Numbered from the stretch's first letter, positions 38,524-49,518 are shown. The stretch is 64,000 nt of DNA from an uncultured beta proteobacterium (GCA_903885665.1 CAISJL010000013.1:4689-68688); one strand, 5' to 3'. Notes: generated by a model not told the origin, from the letters alone. A program made the numbers and translations.

Positions 38524-40647
38524 TTAAACCTCGATAAAATTAAACACTACAATCTCATGATCAGTGACCTCTGGTACCGTCACTTGCCATGCGCCTGCCA
38601 CTAGCGCAACCTCTACATGCTCACCACTGGATGCGAGCTGCGCGCTGGCCACACGCTTAGACCCACAACGCAACCGCACAAGCACATCGCGCGCTGCAAC
38701 CAAGTTTTGACCGGGGTGCCGCCAACCGGTATTTAATGGTTTATTCAAGGGCATAATAATCAAATGGACTAAATCGCGCTTCTCTTGCGCCATATGCGTC
38801 ACGTCAACATGATTCGGCGCCACCACTTCGAGTGCTAAATCAGTGGTAGCCGCCCAACGCACTGCGTTGACTAAGACCTGTGCCAAATCTGGAAAGCCAT
38901 AGTGGTAGTACAACGCCTCCATGGTATTGGCAAAATACACCACCCGTCCAGCACCCTGTTCGCCATGCACCGCCACTGGAATGGTAGTGGTCTCGCGTAT
39001 CGCACTATATTCAGGAATGCTAATCGTCGCCCCAGAATGCGCAATCACCGGCGGGATTAAGGTCAACGCCACCTGACGTGTACTGCTAACAGTCACTTCG
39101 CGTAAAGCGCCTTCATTCGGAATTAGATCAGTATCGCCAATATGATCTAATAAGGGATTGGCCGAGTCTTCAATCTTGGCATAAGACGACTTGAGTCCAC
39201 TGCGATGGCCACCATACTGTAGGCCCAAGAGTTTGGCGAATGCAGGCTCGCGGGCAGCACCCGCCACAGTCATAGTGCCTGCTTCATAACTCGCAATCAC
39301 TCCGCCACCGGCCTCGGTATACGCCTCCAGAATTGCCGCCAAATGATCTGCGACACAGGCCAAGTTAGAAACAATCACAACCCGATAACGCGCCAAGCGT
39401 TCAGCCGTAATTAATTTATCCGACATCACATCAAACACAATATGCGCTTCTTGTAGCGCACAATACCAACCACGAATAAAGTCTAAGTAGCGCGATTGCG
39501 GCTCGCCTCGACCATACAAATCCTGGGTATGGCGCGACAAAATCAACAGGACTTGCGCCTGTGACTGCACCCCTTCTAAATAAGTCTGCCAACGCGCAAG
39601 CCGTTGAAATACGGCCTGCATAGGGGCAATCCCACGCCGGTCAAACAACTCTGAGTAGCCGCCATTGATGTGCAGCCACGGACTCACACCATTGGCCACC
39701 TGTTGCGCAATCCATGGTCGATTCTCTGCTTCGGGTGCAGCATAGAGTCGCCACCACGGATAAAAATAACTCACCGTCATCCAACGGGACTTATCAGGAG
39801 CCAAAGTAGCTAAGTATTTGGCTTGTAACCCTGGCCACCACGGCGCGGTATGTCGACGCTGGCACTCAAAGGTTGGAATATCTTGATGCGCTAGCCAATA
39901 ATCAATATCCCAACCACCTGGACGAATCGTCTCTAACGATTCCATCAACTGCACTGCCGCAATAAACACCGCAGCGGGCTTTGCCGCATGCACTGCGCGA
40001 TGCATTAATCCCACCCAATCGGCGATACGTTGATAACGCCACTCGTTATACAAGCGCCATGCGGGATCATCCCAGTCTTCAGACTGCGGAATTGCTTGAC
40101 CTGAATGTTGTTTAAATAGGGTCTGGCAGGTATGGCAATAACAAGTGTCGGTATCCCAGGCCGCAAATTTGCCTTGGTTATTCCAAATACCGTCGGCATC
40201 GTAGCGCAGCAAAATCTCACGCACGACCTCTACTATTCTGACTCGATAATAATCCGCATTCGGGCAAGTGACATAATGCTCGCTGACTTCGCAAAACTCT
40301 CCATTGCGATCACGCGAAAACCATTCCGGATGCGTTAGCGCTAAAGCCTTGGGCGCACAACTCGGATCAATGCGCGCTAAGACTTTAATGCCTTCGCGGT
40401 GCGCAACCGGAATAATCTCGGCCAATAAATCACGTCCCGCTAGACCGTCCGATAAGCGATGTCCATCAATGTCCGTCTGATAGAACGCGACAATACCACC
40501 ACCACTAATACAGAATGCTGTAGCGCAATAGGTTTTAGCGTTGGCCACCAGTGCCTCGGCATCAACCCGTGGCTCGTCACCTTCGCGAAGATTTAACAAT
40601 AAAACACGGTGGGCTTGGGCGGCCCAATGATTAGCTGCTTGACTCAT
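38524..40647 (-). CDS. Glycoside hydrolase-like family 6 (GHL6) protein with beta-galactosidase trimerisation (GATase-like) domain
   Basis: GGIVAFY, GRDLLAE...AH..GIKVLARID, HPEW, CPN..Y, CYCHTC, GWYCALQEAHI.FD, GRVVYF. Confidence 0.75.
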   Translation of the reverse strand: MSQAANHWAAQAHRVLLLNLREGDEPRVDAEALVANAKTYCATAFCISGGGIVAFYQTDIDGHRLSDGLAGRDLLAEIIPVAHREGIKVLARIDPSCAPKALALTHPEWFSRDRNGEFCEVSEHYVTCPNADYYRVRIVEVVREILLRYDADGIWNNQGKFAAWDTDTCYCHTCQTLFKQHSGQAIPQSEDWDDPAWRLYNEWRYQRIADWVGLMHRAVHAAKPAAVFIAAVQLMESLETIRPGGWDIDYWLAHQDIPTFECQRRHTAPWWPGLQAKYLATLAPDKSRWMTVSYFYPWWRLYAAPEAENRPWIAQQVANGVSPWLHINGGYSELFDRRGIAPMQAVFQRLARWQTYLEGVQSQAQVLLILSRHTQDLYGRGEPQSRYLDFIRGWYCALQEAHIVFDVMSDKLITAERLARYRVVIVSNLACVADHLAAILEAYTEAGGGVIASYEAGTMTVAGAAREPAFAKLLGLQYGGHRSGLKSSYAKIEDSANPLLDHIGDTDLIPNEGALREVTVSSTRQVALTLIPPVIAHSGATISIPEYSAIRETTTIPVAVHGEQGAGRVVYFANTMEALYYHYGFPDLAQVLVNAVRWAATTDLALEVVAPNHVDVTHMAQEKRDLVHLIIMPLNKPLNTGWRHPGQNLVAARDVLVRLRCGSKRVASAQLASSGEHVEVALVAGAWQVTVPEVTDHEIVVFNFIEV

Positions 40648-40914
40648 CTTGACTCATCCTGATTCACCTCGATCATGATCGCGAGTGCTGGCAATACCCT
40701 ATCACACCCAATCCGACCCGCTTCTGTATACGATGTTTGATTGAATGTACACATCATACGACAAACTTAGTGGAGTGGATGATGACCACCACATATATAC
40801 TGGACGTTCAGCCTATTCAGTCCTACAATTCCCAAAACTAAAAATAGCGTACTTCGTAAAGCGCTCCCAGTTGCACATCAGACTATTCATACTAGCAATC
40901 GTGGAGACTTCAAC

Positions 40915-41022
40915 ATGCTGACTCGACTCTGTTCATCCGGGCGTTTGATTGCCTTGATAATGCTGATCTCGTTATTGCTGAGCCAGACACCCTCTCGAAA
41001 TCATCATAACTTACTGATTTAA
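40915..41022 (+). pseudogene. Duplicated 5' fragment (RBS plus signal peptide, 35 codons) of the downstream Bug gene
   Basis: TGGAGACTTCAACATGCTGACTCGACTCTGTTCAT versus TGGAGACCTTAACATGCTGACTCGACTCTTTTCAT at 41131. The ORF reads MLTRLCSSGRLIALIMLISLLLSQTPSRNHHNLLI*. Confidence 0.72.
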
Positions 41023-41143
41023 TTAATATTACTGATTGAATTTATTTTATAATTTCACTGATTTTTATACATGTAAGCGCTACCGTCCGAACCCATCATC
41101 AAATCATTAAATAAACAATCTGAGCACTTTTGGAGACCTTAAC

Positions 41144-42136
41144 ATGCTGACTCGACTCTTTTCATGCCGGTGTATGCTGATCTTGGCCATGCTGACCTTA
41201 ACAATGCTCGCCCCACTGACAGCGAACGCTACCGAGGCCAATTATCCTAGCAAACCCATCCGCGTCATTGTGCCCTACCCTCCAGGCGGATCCACTGACC
41301 CCACTGCACGCGCCTACGCCAACTGGCTCACTGAAAAATTCGGTGTGGCCTTGATTATTGATAACCGACCCGGTGCTGGCTCTACCATAGGTCACGGTCT
41401 AGGCGCTCGCGCGACACCCGATGGCTATACCATTCTATTGGGCACCTCTGGCGGTTTAGTCGTGAGTGCTGCTTTTGGGAGCCCGCTGTCCTATAACCCT
41501 ATCAAAGACTTTACGCCAATCGCCATCGGCGTCTATGCGCCCTTCTTGTTAGTTGTGCATCCTGGCGTGCCGGCTAAAAATATGCGCGAATTGATCGATC
41601 TTGCTAAAGCCCAACCCTACAAAATCAACTACGGCTCCCCCGGTACCGGCACCCCTAATCACTTAGGGATGGAATTACTCACTGCGCTAACTGGTGCCAA
41701 GTTTACCCACGTCCCCTACAAAGGCGGTGGTGCTGCTACTGTCGACTTAGTCGCAGGCCGCATCCAAGCCATTTTCGGTAGCATCCCACAATGGCAACCA
41801 CATTTAGGCGTGGGCAAAGTGCGGGCGCTAGCCATTGGCCACCCCAAACGTTCGCACTTGATGCCCGACACACCTGCCATAGCTGAGACCTTCCCCGGCT
41901 TTAATAACACCACCTGGTATGGCTTTCTCGGGCCAGCCGGCATGCCCAATCACGCTGTTCAAAAAATCAACGCCGAGATGAAGCGCGCGACCGAAAATGC
42001 AAATTTCGTCAAAGGCTTAGAGGCAATTGGCCTTGAGCCTGCTTGGACCAGCAGCAAAGATATGGGAGACCTCATCCGCAACGAACTTGCGCGCTGGACC
42101 AAAGTGGTGCGCGATGCGGGGATTAAACCAGAGTAG
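41144..42136 (+). CDS. Bug/TctC family substrate-binding protein
   Basis: YPSKPIRVIVPYPPGGSTD, DNRPGAG, PDGYTIL, HVPYKGG, RWTKVVRDAGI. Confidence 0.93.
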   Translation: MLTRLFSCRCMLILAMLTLTMLAPLTANATEANYPSKPIRVIVPYPPGGSTDPTARAYANWLTEKFGVALIIDNRPGAGSTIGHGLGARATPDGYTILLGTSGGLVVSAAFGSPLSYNPIKDFTPIAIGVYAPFLLVVHPGVPAKNMRELIDLAKAQPYKINYGSPGTGTPNHLGMELLTALTGAKFTHVPYKGGGAATVDLVAGRIQAIFGSIPQWQPHLGVGKVRALAIGHPKRSHLMPDTPAIAETFPGFNNTTWYGFLGPAGMPNHAVQKINAEMKRATENANFVKGLEAIGLEPAWTSSKDMGDLIRNELARWTKVVRDAGIKPE

Positions 42137-42139
42137 CCG

Positions 42140-42188
42140 TATGGGGTTTGCGCAGTTTGCTCGCACCAACGCTTACGCAAGCCCCATA
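42140..42188 (+). terminator. Hairpin immediately after the Bug stop
   Basis: 13-bp stem TATGGGGTTTGCG...CGCAAGCCCCATA with one G-U pair. Confidence 0.4.
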
Positions 42189-42308
42189 TTGCATTCTAAG
42201 GTTATCATCACAGTATAATTTTATTTATTTTGTATCGATGTGTATGTGTTGAACCATGCCCCACACAATTCATCATCAAATACTAAAGCTCGCGCTACAA
42301 TAGGGCTT

Positions 42309-43982
42309 ATGCCACACAACCCTAACCAATCCTCAAGCCATCTCAAGCGCAGCGCTTGGTCTGCACTCGCAGCGCACCGTAGGACGTGGCACAGCCCATT
42401 GCGCGAACTATTCACAGCTAACCCGCAACGCTTTCAACAATTCTCTACACCTGCGTGTGGTCTGCTACTGGACTTTAGTAAAAATCCACTCACCACAGAA
42501 ACCATTGACCTACTCGTCAAGCTCGCCGAAGCCCACGAAATTCCAGGACGGCTTCGCGACCTATTTGATGGTAAAGCTGTCAATGTCAGCGAGAAGCGTC
42601 CAGCTTGGCATACAGCCCTACGCGCTGGCAAGAGCGCGCCGCATCCCGTGCAGCAGAGCCTTGCAGTGATGCATGAAATTACCCAAGTGCTGCGCGCAGG
42701 TGCAATGCTCGGTAGCACCGGCAGCCCCATCACAGATGTGGTGAGCTTGGGGATTGGTGGCTCCGCCCTTGGACCCCAACTGGTTGCTGCGGCCTGCACG
42801 CCACACTCCCATGGAACAGCAACGCCACGAGTGCACTTCGTCAGCAACCCAAGTGAAACATTCACTCAACTACTCAGTCAGTTAGATGCGGCGGGTACGT
42901 TATTCATTGTGCAATCGAAAAGCTTCAACACACAAGAAACCCTACACAACGCCCGTTGCGCCCGCCATTGGTTACAAACTGCACTCCATCGCACACAAGT
43001 GGATGCCCACTTTATTGCGATCACCGCACAAACCGATGCTGCTGTTGCTTTCGGGATTCCACGCTCGCAAGTCCTGCCCCTATGGAATTGGGTTGGCGGT
43101 CGCTACTCCCTTTGGTCTGCCACCGGTTTACCCGCTATGATTGCCATGGGTAACACGCAACACGATCTACTGCTAGCCGGTGCCGCGGCCATGGACGCCC
43201 ATACCCATGACATGCCACTGGCTCAAAATATGCCCGTGCTACTCGCCCTCATCGATATTTGGGAGCATCTATTCTGGGATATACAGTCACGTGCCGTAGT
43301 GCCCTACCCCCATGAGTTATCACTGCTGCCCGCACACCTCCAACAACTCAGCATGGAAAGCCTAGGCAAAGGCGTGCGCTCGAACGGCAAAATACTACGC
43401 ACGCATTCGGGTCCGCTACTCTGGGGTGGACTTGGTAGCGAGAGCCAACACAGTTATTTTCAATGGCTGCACCAAGGCACCCATACTGCAGCAGTTGATT
43501 TTATTGCCTGTTGTGAGCCGACATCGCCGTCAGACCCCACGGCATACCAAGCGCACACCGTCATGCTAGCGAATTGTTTTGCACAATCAGCCCTATTAAT
43601 GAATGGCCTCACTACCAATGAAGTGACTGCGCAATTAATCGCTAAGGGCTTGAGTGCGCGCACGGCAGAGCGCCAAGCGCCTCACCAAACTCACCCAGGC
43701 AATCGTCCCAGCAACACCATATTGCTGCCGCGACTCGACGCCTATAGTGTGGGTGCACTGATCGCACTCTATGAGCACCGCACGTATATTCTCGGCGTGT
43801 TATTAGGCGTGAATGCCTTTGATCAGTGGGGTGTAGAGCACGGCAAACATCTTGCCAAAGCACTAGAAACAGAATTTAATTCACCCAGTCCCGAAAATCA
43901 CTTCGATAGCTCAACACAAGGATTAATTGCCCACGTGCGTGCACTACAAGCGGCATTATCGACACCCACTGAGCATACTTAG
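42309..43982 (+). CDS. pgi: Glucose-6-phosphate isomerase
   Basis: [46 protein letters not shown]. Start uncertain (ATG 42309 or GTG 42240). Confidence 0.92.
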   Translation: MPHNPNQSSSHLKRSAWSALAAHRRTWHSPLRELFTANPQRFQQFSTPACGLLLDFSKNPLTTETIDLLVKLAEAHEIPGRLRDLFDGKAVNVSEKRPAWHTALRAGKSAPHPVQQSLAVMHEITQVLRAGAMLGSTGSPITDVVSLGIGGSALGPQLVAAACTPHSHGTATPRVHFVSNPSETFTQLLSQLDAAGTLFIVQSKSFNTQETLHNARCARHWLQTALHRTQVDAHFIAITAQTDAAVAFGIPRSQVLPLWNWVGGRYSLWSATGLPAMIAMGNTQHDLLLAGAAAMDAHTHDMPLAQNMPVLLALIDIWEHLFWDIQSRAVVPYPHELSLLPAHLQQLSMESLGKGVRSNGKILRTHSGPLLWGGLGSESQHSYFQWLHQGTHTAAVDFIACCEPTSPSDPTAYQAHTVMLANCFAQSALLMNGLTTNEVTAQLIAKGLSARTAERQAPHQTHPGNRPSNTILLPRLDAYSVGALIALYEHRTYILGVLLGVNAFDQWGVEHGKHLAKALETEFNSPSPENHFDSSTQGLIAHVRALQAALSTPTEHT

Positions 43983-44524
43983 ATCTTCATCACATGCGCA
44001 CGGTAATAGCGTAGCTCCATAATCGATTCGTGAATGTCTGCAAGCGCCTCATGCTTACCGTGCTTTACCAATCCGGCAAGGACCTCAGGCTGCCAGCGCC
44101 TAGCCAACTCTTTTAAGGTGCTGACATCAATCAAGCGATAATGAAAATAGGACTCTAATTGCGGTAAGTAACGCACCAAAAAGCGGCGATCTTGATGCAC
44201 AGAATTACCACACAACGGTGATGCACCTGCGGGCACATGCAAGGCCAAAAACTCCAACAACTGCGTCTGTGCCTCAGCTTCGGTCAGCGTGGATGCACGC
44301 ACCCGATCAATCAAACCTGATTTACGATGAGTCGACTGATTCCACTGGTCCATGGCTGCCAATACCATATCGTCTTGATGCACCACCAGAACCGGCGCTT
44401 CAGCCACCACATTTAACTGCGCGTCCGTGATCACCAACGCAATTTCAAGCACGCGCTCAGTCTCGGGATTTAAACCACTCATCTCCATATCTATCCAAAC
44501 CAGCGCGTTGGGGTCCTGTGCCAT
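43979..44524 (-). CDS. orn: Oligoribonuclease
   Basis: [42 protein letters not shown]. Confidence 0.96.
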   Translation of the reverse strand: MAQDPNALVWIDMEMSGLNPETERVLEIALVITDAQLNVVAEAPVLVVHQDDMVLAAMDQWNQSTHRKSGLIDRVRASTLTEAEAQTQLLEFLALHVPAGASPLCGNSVHQDRRFLVRYLPQLESYFHYRLIDVSTLKELARRWQPEVLAGLVKHGKHEALADIHESIMELRYYRAHVMKI

Positions 44525-44578
44525 ATTGTTGTGTCCATTTTTGATTAATTATTTAAATACCTACGCCCTAGACCGCAT

Positions 44579-44820
44579 TAAGCCTAGACTAAGTCTAGAA
44601 TAACCCTATAATTATACGGTGCTGTATGGAATATGACGTAATCTCTAATTTAAACGCTGCTATAAACTATATGAAACGATTATCTAGACGATTATTTAAT
44701 TAAATATTAAATTAAATATTTAAATCAATCTTTAAACCAATCTTTTAATCTATCGTTTAATCAATAGTTAAATTTTAACCGCTATTTAAACCACTCTTTA
44801 AAACCACCTCATTAAACACT
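44579..44820. repeat. AT-rich spacer built of degenerate 11-12 bp tandem units
   Basis: TAAGCCTAGAC/TAAGTCTAGAA/TAACCCTATAA; ACGATTATCTAG/ACGATTATTTAA; about 7 units of consensus TTAAACCAATCT at 44720-44811. Confidence 0.7.
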
Positions 44821-44833
44821 TGCGAATGACACT

Positions 44834-46084
44834 ATGCATATCTTTGGCATCATTTTCTTAATTGCTCTGCTGCTGACTACCGCCCTCCGCCTGTGGCTCG
44901 CACAGCGTCAAATCCGCCACATTCAGATTCACCGCGACAGCGTGCCCAGCCAATTCGCCAGCGTCATTAGTCTTAGTGCACATCAACATGCTGCTGACTA
45001 TAACAGCGCAAAGACCCAGACCTCCATGTTCAGCATCGCGCTCGAGGCAGCCCTCATCTTAGCCTTCACTTTTGGCGGTGGCCTGCAATTCCTCGACACT
45101 TGGACCAGCACACAACTACCCGCCGGCATCGGTCGCAGTCTGGCCCTAATTGCCGCGTACACTGCAGTGACGATGCTCATTGATTTACCCCTGAATGTAT
45201 ACCGCACATTTGTCATTGAAGAGCGCTTCGGTTTTAATAAAATGACCGCCCGCCTGTTTATGATCGACACACTGAAAGGCTTGCTGTTGGCTGCTGCACT
45301 CGGTCTACCCTTAATTGCAACCATTCTGTGGTTAATGGATGCCATGGGCGAATATTGGTGGCTCTATGCTTGGCTGACTTGGATTAGCTTTAACACTGTA
45401 TTACTCGCCATCTATCCGACCTGGATCGCACCTCTGTTTAACAAATTCTTACCGCTAGACAACCCATTATTACAAGCGCGTGTTGAACGCTTACTCGATC
45501 GCTGCGGCTTTAAAGTGAAAGGCTTGATGGTGATGGACGGTTCACGCCGCTCCAGTCATGGTAATGCTTACTTTACGGGCTTTGGCAAAACCAAACGCAT
45601 TGTATTCTTTGATACGCTATTAGCGCGGTTAGAACCCACCGAAGTCGAAGCCGTGCTAGCTCATGAGTTAGGCCACTTTAAACACAAACATATCTTACAA
45701 CGCGTGATCTGGATATATACCGTCAGCCTAGGCATGCTCTTTGTGCTGGGTAGCACACTACATCAAGATTGGTTTTATAGCGCGCTCAATGTCAGCACGC
45801 CTTCAACAGCTATGGCCTTGTTGCTGTTCTCCATAGTGGTACCCGTATTCACTACCCTTGCCCAACCATTCAATGCTGCGGTATCCAGACACCATGAATT
45901 TGAAGCCGATCAGTTTGCAGCCCAGCACACTCAAGCCGGCGACCTCGTATCGGCTTTAGTCAAACTCTATACCGACAATGCTGCGACCCTCACACCTGAC
46001 CCCTTACATTCGGCCTTCTACGACTCGCACCCCTCAGCGGCAACTCGCATTGCGCGCCTACAACAAGCAAGCCCTGCGATCTGA
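44834..46084 (+). CDS. M48 family (Ste24-like) membrane metallopeptidase
   Basis: F.IEERFGFN, DGSRRSSHGNAYFTG, HELGH, EFEAD, SHP. Confidence 0.93.
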   Translation: MHIFGIIFLIALLLTTALRLWLAQRQIRHIQIHRDSVPSQFASVISLSAHQHAADYNSAKTQTSMFSIALEAALILAFTFGGGLQFLDTWTSTQLPAGIGRSLALIAAYTAVTMLIDLPLNVYRTFVIEERFGFNKMTARLFMIDTLKGLLLAAALGLPLIATILWLMDAMGEYWWLYAWLTWISFNTVLLAIYPTWIAPLFNKFLPLDNPLLQARVERLLDRCGFKVKGLMVMDGSRRSSHGNAYFTGFGKTKRIVFFDTLLARLEPTEVEAVLAHELGHFKHKHILQRVIWIYTVSLGMLFVLGSTLHQDWFYSALNVSTPSTAMALLLFSIVVPVFTTLAQPFNAAVSRHHEFEADQFAAQHTQAGDLVSALVKLYTDNAATLTPDPLHSAFYDSHPSAATRIARLQQASPAI

Positions 46085-46410
46085 TGAATTTAAGCAATAA
46101 AAAATGTGTGGCCTGTGAAGGTGGTGTCAGTCCGCTGACTGCTGCTGAAGCTCATGGTTTACTGCAGCACCTCAAGGGCTGGCAACTCCATGAGGGTCAT
46201 CTACAACGCACATTTCAATTTAATGATCACTTAGAGACCATGACCTTCGTCAATGCAATTGCTTGGGTCTCTTTCCGCGAGAATCATCACCCTGATCTCA
46301 AAGTCGGATATCAGCAGTGTCAAGTGCGCTATATCACGCACGCCATCAACGGGCTCTCTGAGAACGACTTTATCTGCGCTGCCAAGATCGACACCTTATT
46401 TGTCCTCTGA
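46084..46410 (+). CDS. phhB: Pterin-4-alpha-carbinolamine dehydratase
   Basis: C.ACEGG, ENHHPD, THAINGLSENDFICAAK. Confidence 0.9.
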   Translation: MNLSNKKCVACEGGVSPLTAAEAHGLLQHLKGWQLHEGHLQRTFQFNDHLETMTFVNAIAWVSFRENHHPDLKVGYQQCQVRYITHAINGLSENDFICAAKIDTLFVL

Positions 46411-47293
46411 AGCCCTCAGCACCGGCCTGATCGTTGCGTCCTACGGGCGGCGCTTTTTAGTGGAAGCAGCAGACGGTCGTGTACGCGACTGTGTGACTCG
46501 CGGCAAACGTAATGACTATGCCTGCGGGGACCGAGTGGCTTATCTAGCACAAGACGATACGCAAGGCGTGATCGATCATCATCTGCCACGCAACACTTTG
46601 CTATACCGCTCTGACGTATGGAAACAAAAACTAATCGCCGCCAATGTCACCCAAATGATTATGGTGGTAGCCTCAGAGCCTTCCTTCGATCTCAATGTGG
46701 TGGACTGCTGTCTGGCGGCCGCTAGTCACGCGAATATTCATGTTTTAATCGTGCTCAACAAAGCAGATCTAGCAACAGCCCCTGTCGCACAACAGTCCTT
46801 ACAGTTCTATGCCAACATCGGTTATGCGCACATTCAACTGAGCGCCAAAAACGATATCGACATCTTGCGTCCATATCTACAAGGACACCGCAGCGTGTTA
46901 GTTGGCGAATCGGGCATGGGCAAATCCACCATACTCAACAAGCTATTGCCAGCAGCAGGGGCGCATACCCAAAGTATTTCGCTGGCCTTAGGCACGGGCA
47001 AGCACACCACCTCGAACACGCGACTCCATCATCTCGATGCGGATAGCGAAATCATAGATACCCCTGGGGTTCAAGCCTTTGGTATACACCACTTAGAGGT
47101 GGCAGATCTTGCCGCCGCATTTATTGAGTTTAGGCCCTATCTAGGGCTTTGCCACTTTCGCGACTGCAGGCATTTGAGTGAGCCCAACTGCGCGCTGATT
47201 GTAGCCCACGCTGCAGGGCATATTGAAACACGCCGCCTAGAGTCTTATCGACACCTAGCAACACTCAGGCTGCGCCCAACACTCCGGCGTTAA
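46400..47293 (+). CDS. rsgA: Ribosome small subunit-dependent GTPase A
   Basis: NKAD, GESGMGKST, GKHTT, DTPG, CHFRDCRH.SEPNC. Probable TTG start at about 46400. Confidence 0.93.
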   Translation: MSSEALSTGLIVASYGRRFLVEAADGRVRDCVTRGKRNDYACGDRVAYLAQDDTQGVIDHHLPRNTLLYRSDVWKQKLIAANVTQMIMVVASEPSFDLNVVDCCLAAASHANIHVLIVLNKADLATAPVAQQSLQFYANIGYAHIQLSAKNDIDILRPYLQGHRSVLVGESGMGKSTILNKLLPAAGAHTQSISLALGTGKHTTSNTRLHHLDADSEIIDTPGVQAFGIHHLEVADLAAAFIEFRPYLGLCHFRDCRHLSEPNCALIVAHAAGHIETRRLESYRHLATLRLRPTLRR

Positions 47294-48219
47294 CCAGCGG
47301 CGCGCGCCAACGATACAATCAACAATAGCGCCAACCACAACACCAAACTGCGCCAGACTAAGCCCACAGCCGCACGCTGGTCTTCAACTTCAACATCTGC
47401 ACCCTGGCCTAACTCAGGTCGGTAGTTGAGCATACCGTCCTCACGCAAGGCGCCACCTAAACGCAATCCTAAGGCCCCTGCGCCACTGGCGAGAATAATC
47501 CCTTGCGTGCCTTGCCCCCATTCTGAGGATTGACTGCGCCAACAGAACACGGCATCTTCAAAGTTGCCGGCGATGGCAAAGCACAGCGCGGTGGCTCGAG
47601 CAGGTAACCAATCGATATAAGCAAACGCTTGCGCTGCAAATCGACCAAACTGCACCGCCTCGGGCTCAGGACGTCCACCCCAAACCGTGGCTAAGACATC
47701 AGCTAGCCGATACACCAAAGGCCCCACAGGACCGAGCAACACAAACCAAAACACTGGGGCAAGCACATAACGGTGCGATTGCACCAATCCGAGCTCAATA
47801 GCGACCCGCGCCACCTCTGCGGCTGATAACTCATCGGCAGGTATGCCGCGCCAACGCCCCAAACAATCACGAGCCCCTTGAATATCACCAGCCTTGAGCG
47901 CAGTAGCAATGACATTATAGTCATCGCTAAAACGGCGAAAGCCCATCACCACATACAGCACCGCTACAGCCCATAACAAGGCAAACAAGCTATGCACTTG
48001 AAGTAGCAGAAACTCCACTAGCAAGATCAGCACGACGAGTGGCAACACTGCGACACACCAGGCAATCACACCATGGCGCGCTTGCAAACCATTAAATTGT
48101 TGCTCTAAGTAGTCACTATAACGGCGATAGGACAGATGCAGGACATGACCTGCCCGTAGCGGCCACAATTGCTCTAACCATAATATGCAGACCAAAGCTA
48201 AAAATTTCATTACGCCCAT
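47290..48219 (-). CDS. CobD/CbiB (AmpE-like) family membrane protein
   Basis: FWFVLLGP.G...YR, DWLPARATA, GNFEDA, GAGALG.RLG; usual neighbour of rsgA in Betaproteobacteria. Confidence 0.85.
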   Translation of the reverse strand: MGVMKFLALVCILWLEQLWPLRAGHVLHLSYRRYSDYLEQQFNGLQARHGVIAWCVAVLPLVVLILLVEFLLLQVHSLFALLWAVAVLYVVMGFRRFSDDYNVIATALKAGDIQGARDCLGRWRGIPADELSAAEVARVAIELGLVQSHRYVLAPVFWFVLLGPVGPLVYRLADVLATVWGGRPEPEAVQFGRFAAQAFAYIDWLPARATALCFAIAGNFEDAVFCWRSQSSEWGQGTQGIILASGAGALGLRLGGALREDGMLNYRPELGQGADVEVEDQRAAVGLVWRSLVLWLALLLIVSLARAAG

Positions 48220-48351
48220 CCGAGAATAAAAAATATTAAAAAAATCAGATAGTTACATAAAAACTTACCGACTCACTACTGCATCTATAGCCTAGCGCTA
48301 CGCGACTCTAGCCCCTGTTATACCGGCTCAGCGTATCTCTCGCAAGTGACA

Positions 48352-49518
48352 TTAATCCGATTCCAAACCTAAAAATGCGATTAAATCATCTTTACGCGAT
48401 TGCGTATCGCGGTAACCCAAAGCAATCAGTTCCCGACAATAGGACTGCTCAAATAATAAATAAGACACTAGACTGGAGCCAGAACGTCGTAAGCCCCCGA
48501 CTGTATGTAAAAGGCCACGAATCACTACGGGCAACGACTGCACGTGGCGGGCAGCAATCGTGCTCAAGGGCTCACTGGGGGTGATCACCCGATAGGCTAC
48601 GGGTTTGAGCCGCAACTGATGCTCTGCAGCAGTCGCAGCAGGAATTAAACCTACCGTATGATTAATTCGTTGCAAGCGCTCTAAATCAACTTCTAGACCA
48701 TCTAAAAATATACTATCTAGAGCGTGGCCTGCAACTTGCGCTAGGGTTGGATAAGGTGGCGCACTCGATACCGGTGGCGTAGCACTAAACTGCTGGCCCA
48801 CACCAATCACCAATAAACGATCAGCACCCAAATGCAAGGCTGGACTCAATGGCGCCAACTGCCGCATGGAGCCATCGCCATAATACTGCTCATCAATACA
48901 GACTGGCGGAAAAATAAATGGCAAAGCGCTAGAGGCCATTAGATGTGACACCCCTATGGGCATTGCAACACCCACGCGGCGCGTACGCTGCCAGGGCTTC
49001 AAGTCCGGGCGCCCTTGAAAAAAAGTAACTGACTGTCCGGAATAATAAGCAGAGCAAGTCACCGCAAATGCTTTCAATGCGCCGATCTCGACTTGATGAT
49101 CGATTGCCGAAAAATCAATGGTGCGCTCAAGTAACGCACTGAGCGGTTGATTGTTTAACAGTGCAACATTGCGCCCCCCATGCCCGACTACGGTGGAGGC
49201 AAACCAGCGCGCGCTATTGGCAAGCGCTCCGCGCCAATCAGCGTGATAGATTTGGGCAGAGTTAAATTGCTCCCACACACGACGCAGACGTCGCGCACTG
49301 CGCTGAAAATGATGCGCATCGGCAGCTAAGGCTGCGGCATTAATAGCGCCCGCCGATGTGCCACAAATAATCGGAAACGGATTGCCATAACGAGCAGGTA
49401 GGAAGTCAGCCAGCGCACTTAGCACGCCCACCTGATAGGCCGCACGCGCACCACCTCCGGAAAGAATCAATCCAATCGTAGGGCGCTCTTTAGGAGACAG
49501 CTGCGGCATTGATCTCAC
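48352..49518 (-). CDS. Patatin-like phospholipase
   Basis: SGGGARAAYQVG, GTSAG, ASSALP, GDG. Confidence 0.9.
   Translation of the reverse strand: MRSMPQLSPKERPTIGLILSGGGARAAYQVGVLSALADFLPARYGNPFPIICGTSAGAINAAALAADAHHFQRSARRLRRVWEQFNSAQIYHADWRGALANSARWFASTVVGHGGRNVALLNNQPLSALLERTIDFSAIDHQVEIGALKAFAVTCSAYYSGQSVTFFQGRPDLKPWQRTRRVGVAMPIGVSHLMASSALPFIFPPVCIDEQYYGDGSMRQLAPLSPALHLGADRLLVIGVGQQFSATPPVSSAPPYPTLAQVAGHALDSIFLDGLEVDLERLQRINHTVGLIPAATAAEHQLRLKPVAYRVITPSEPLSTIAARHVQSLPVVIRGLLHTVGGLRRSGSSLVSYLLFEQSYCRELIALGYRDTQSRKDDLIAFLGLESD

Noticed and set aside
44579-44820. Possible CRISPR array or replication origin in the AT-rich repeats
   Set aside because: Units are 11-12 bp, degenerate and contiguous with no spacers; no cas genes, DnaA-box cluster or dnaA nearby.
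48352-49518. CBASS patatin effector
   Set aside because: No CD-NTase or Cap genes adjacent; it sits among housekeeping genes.
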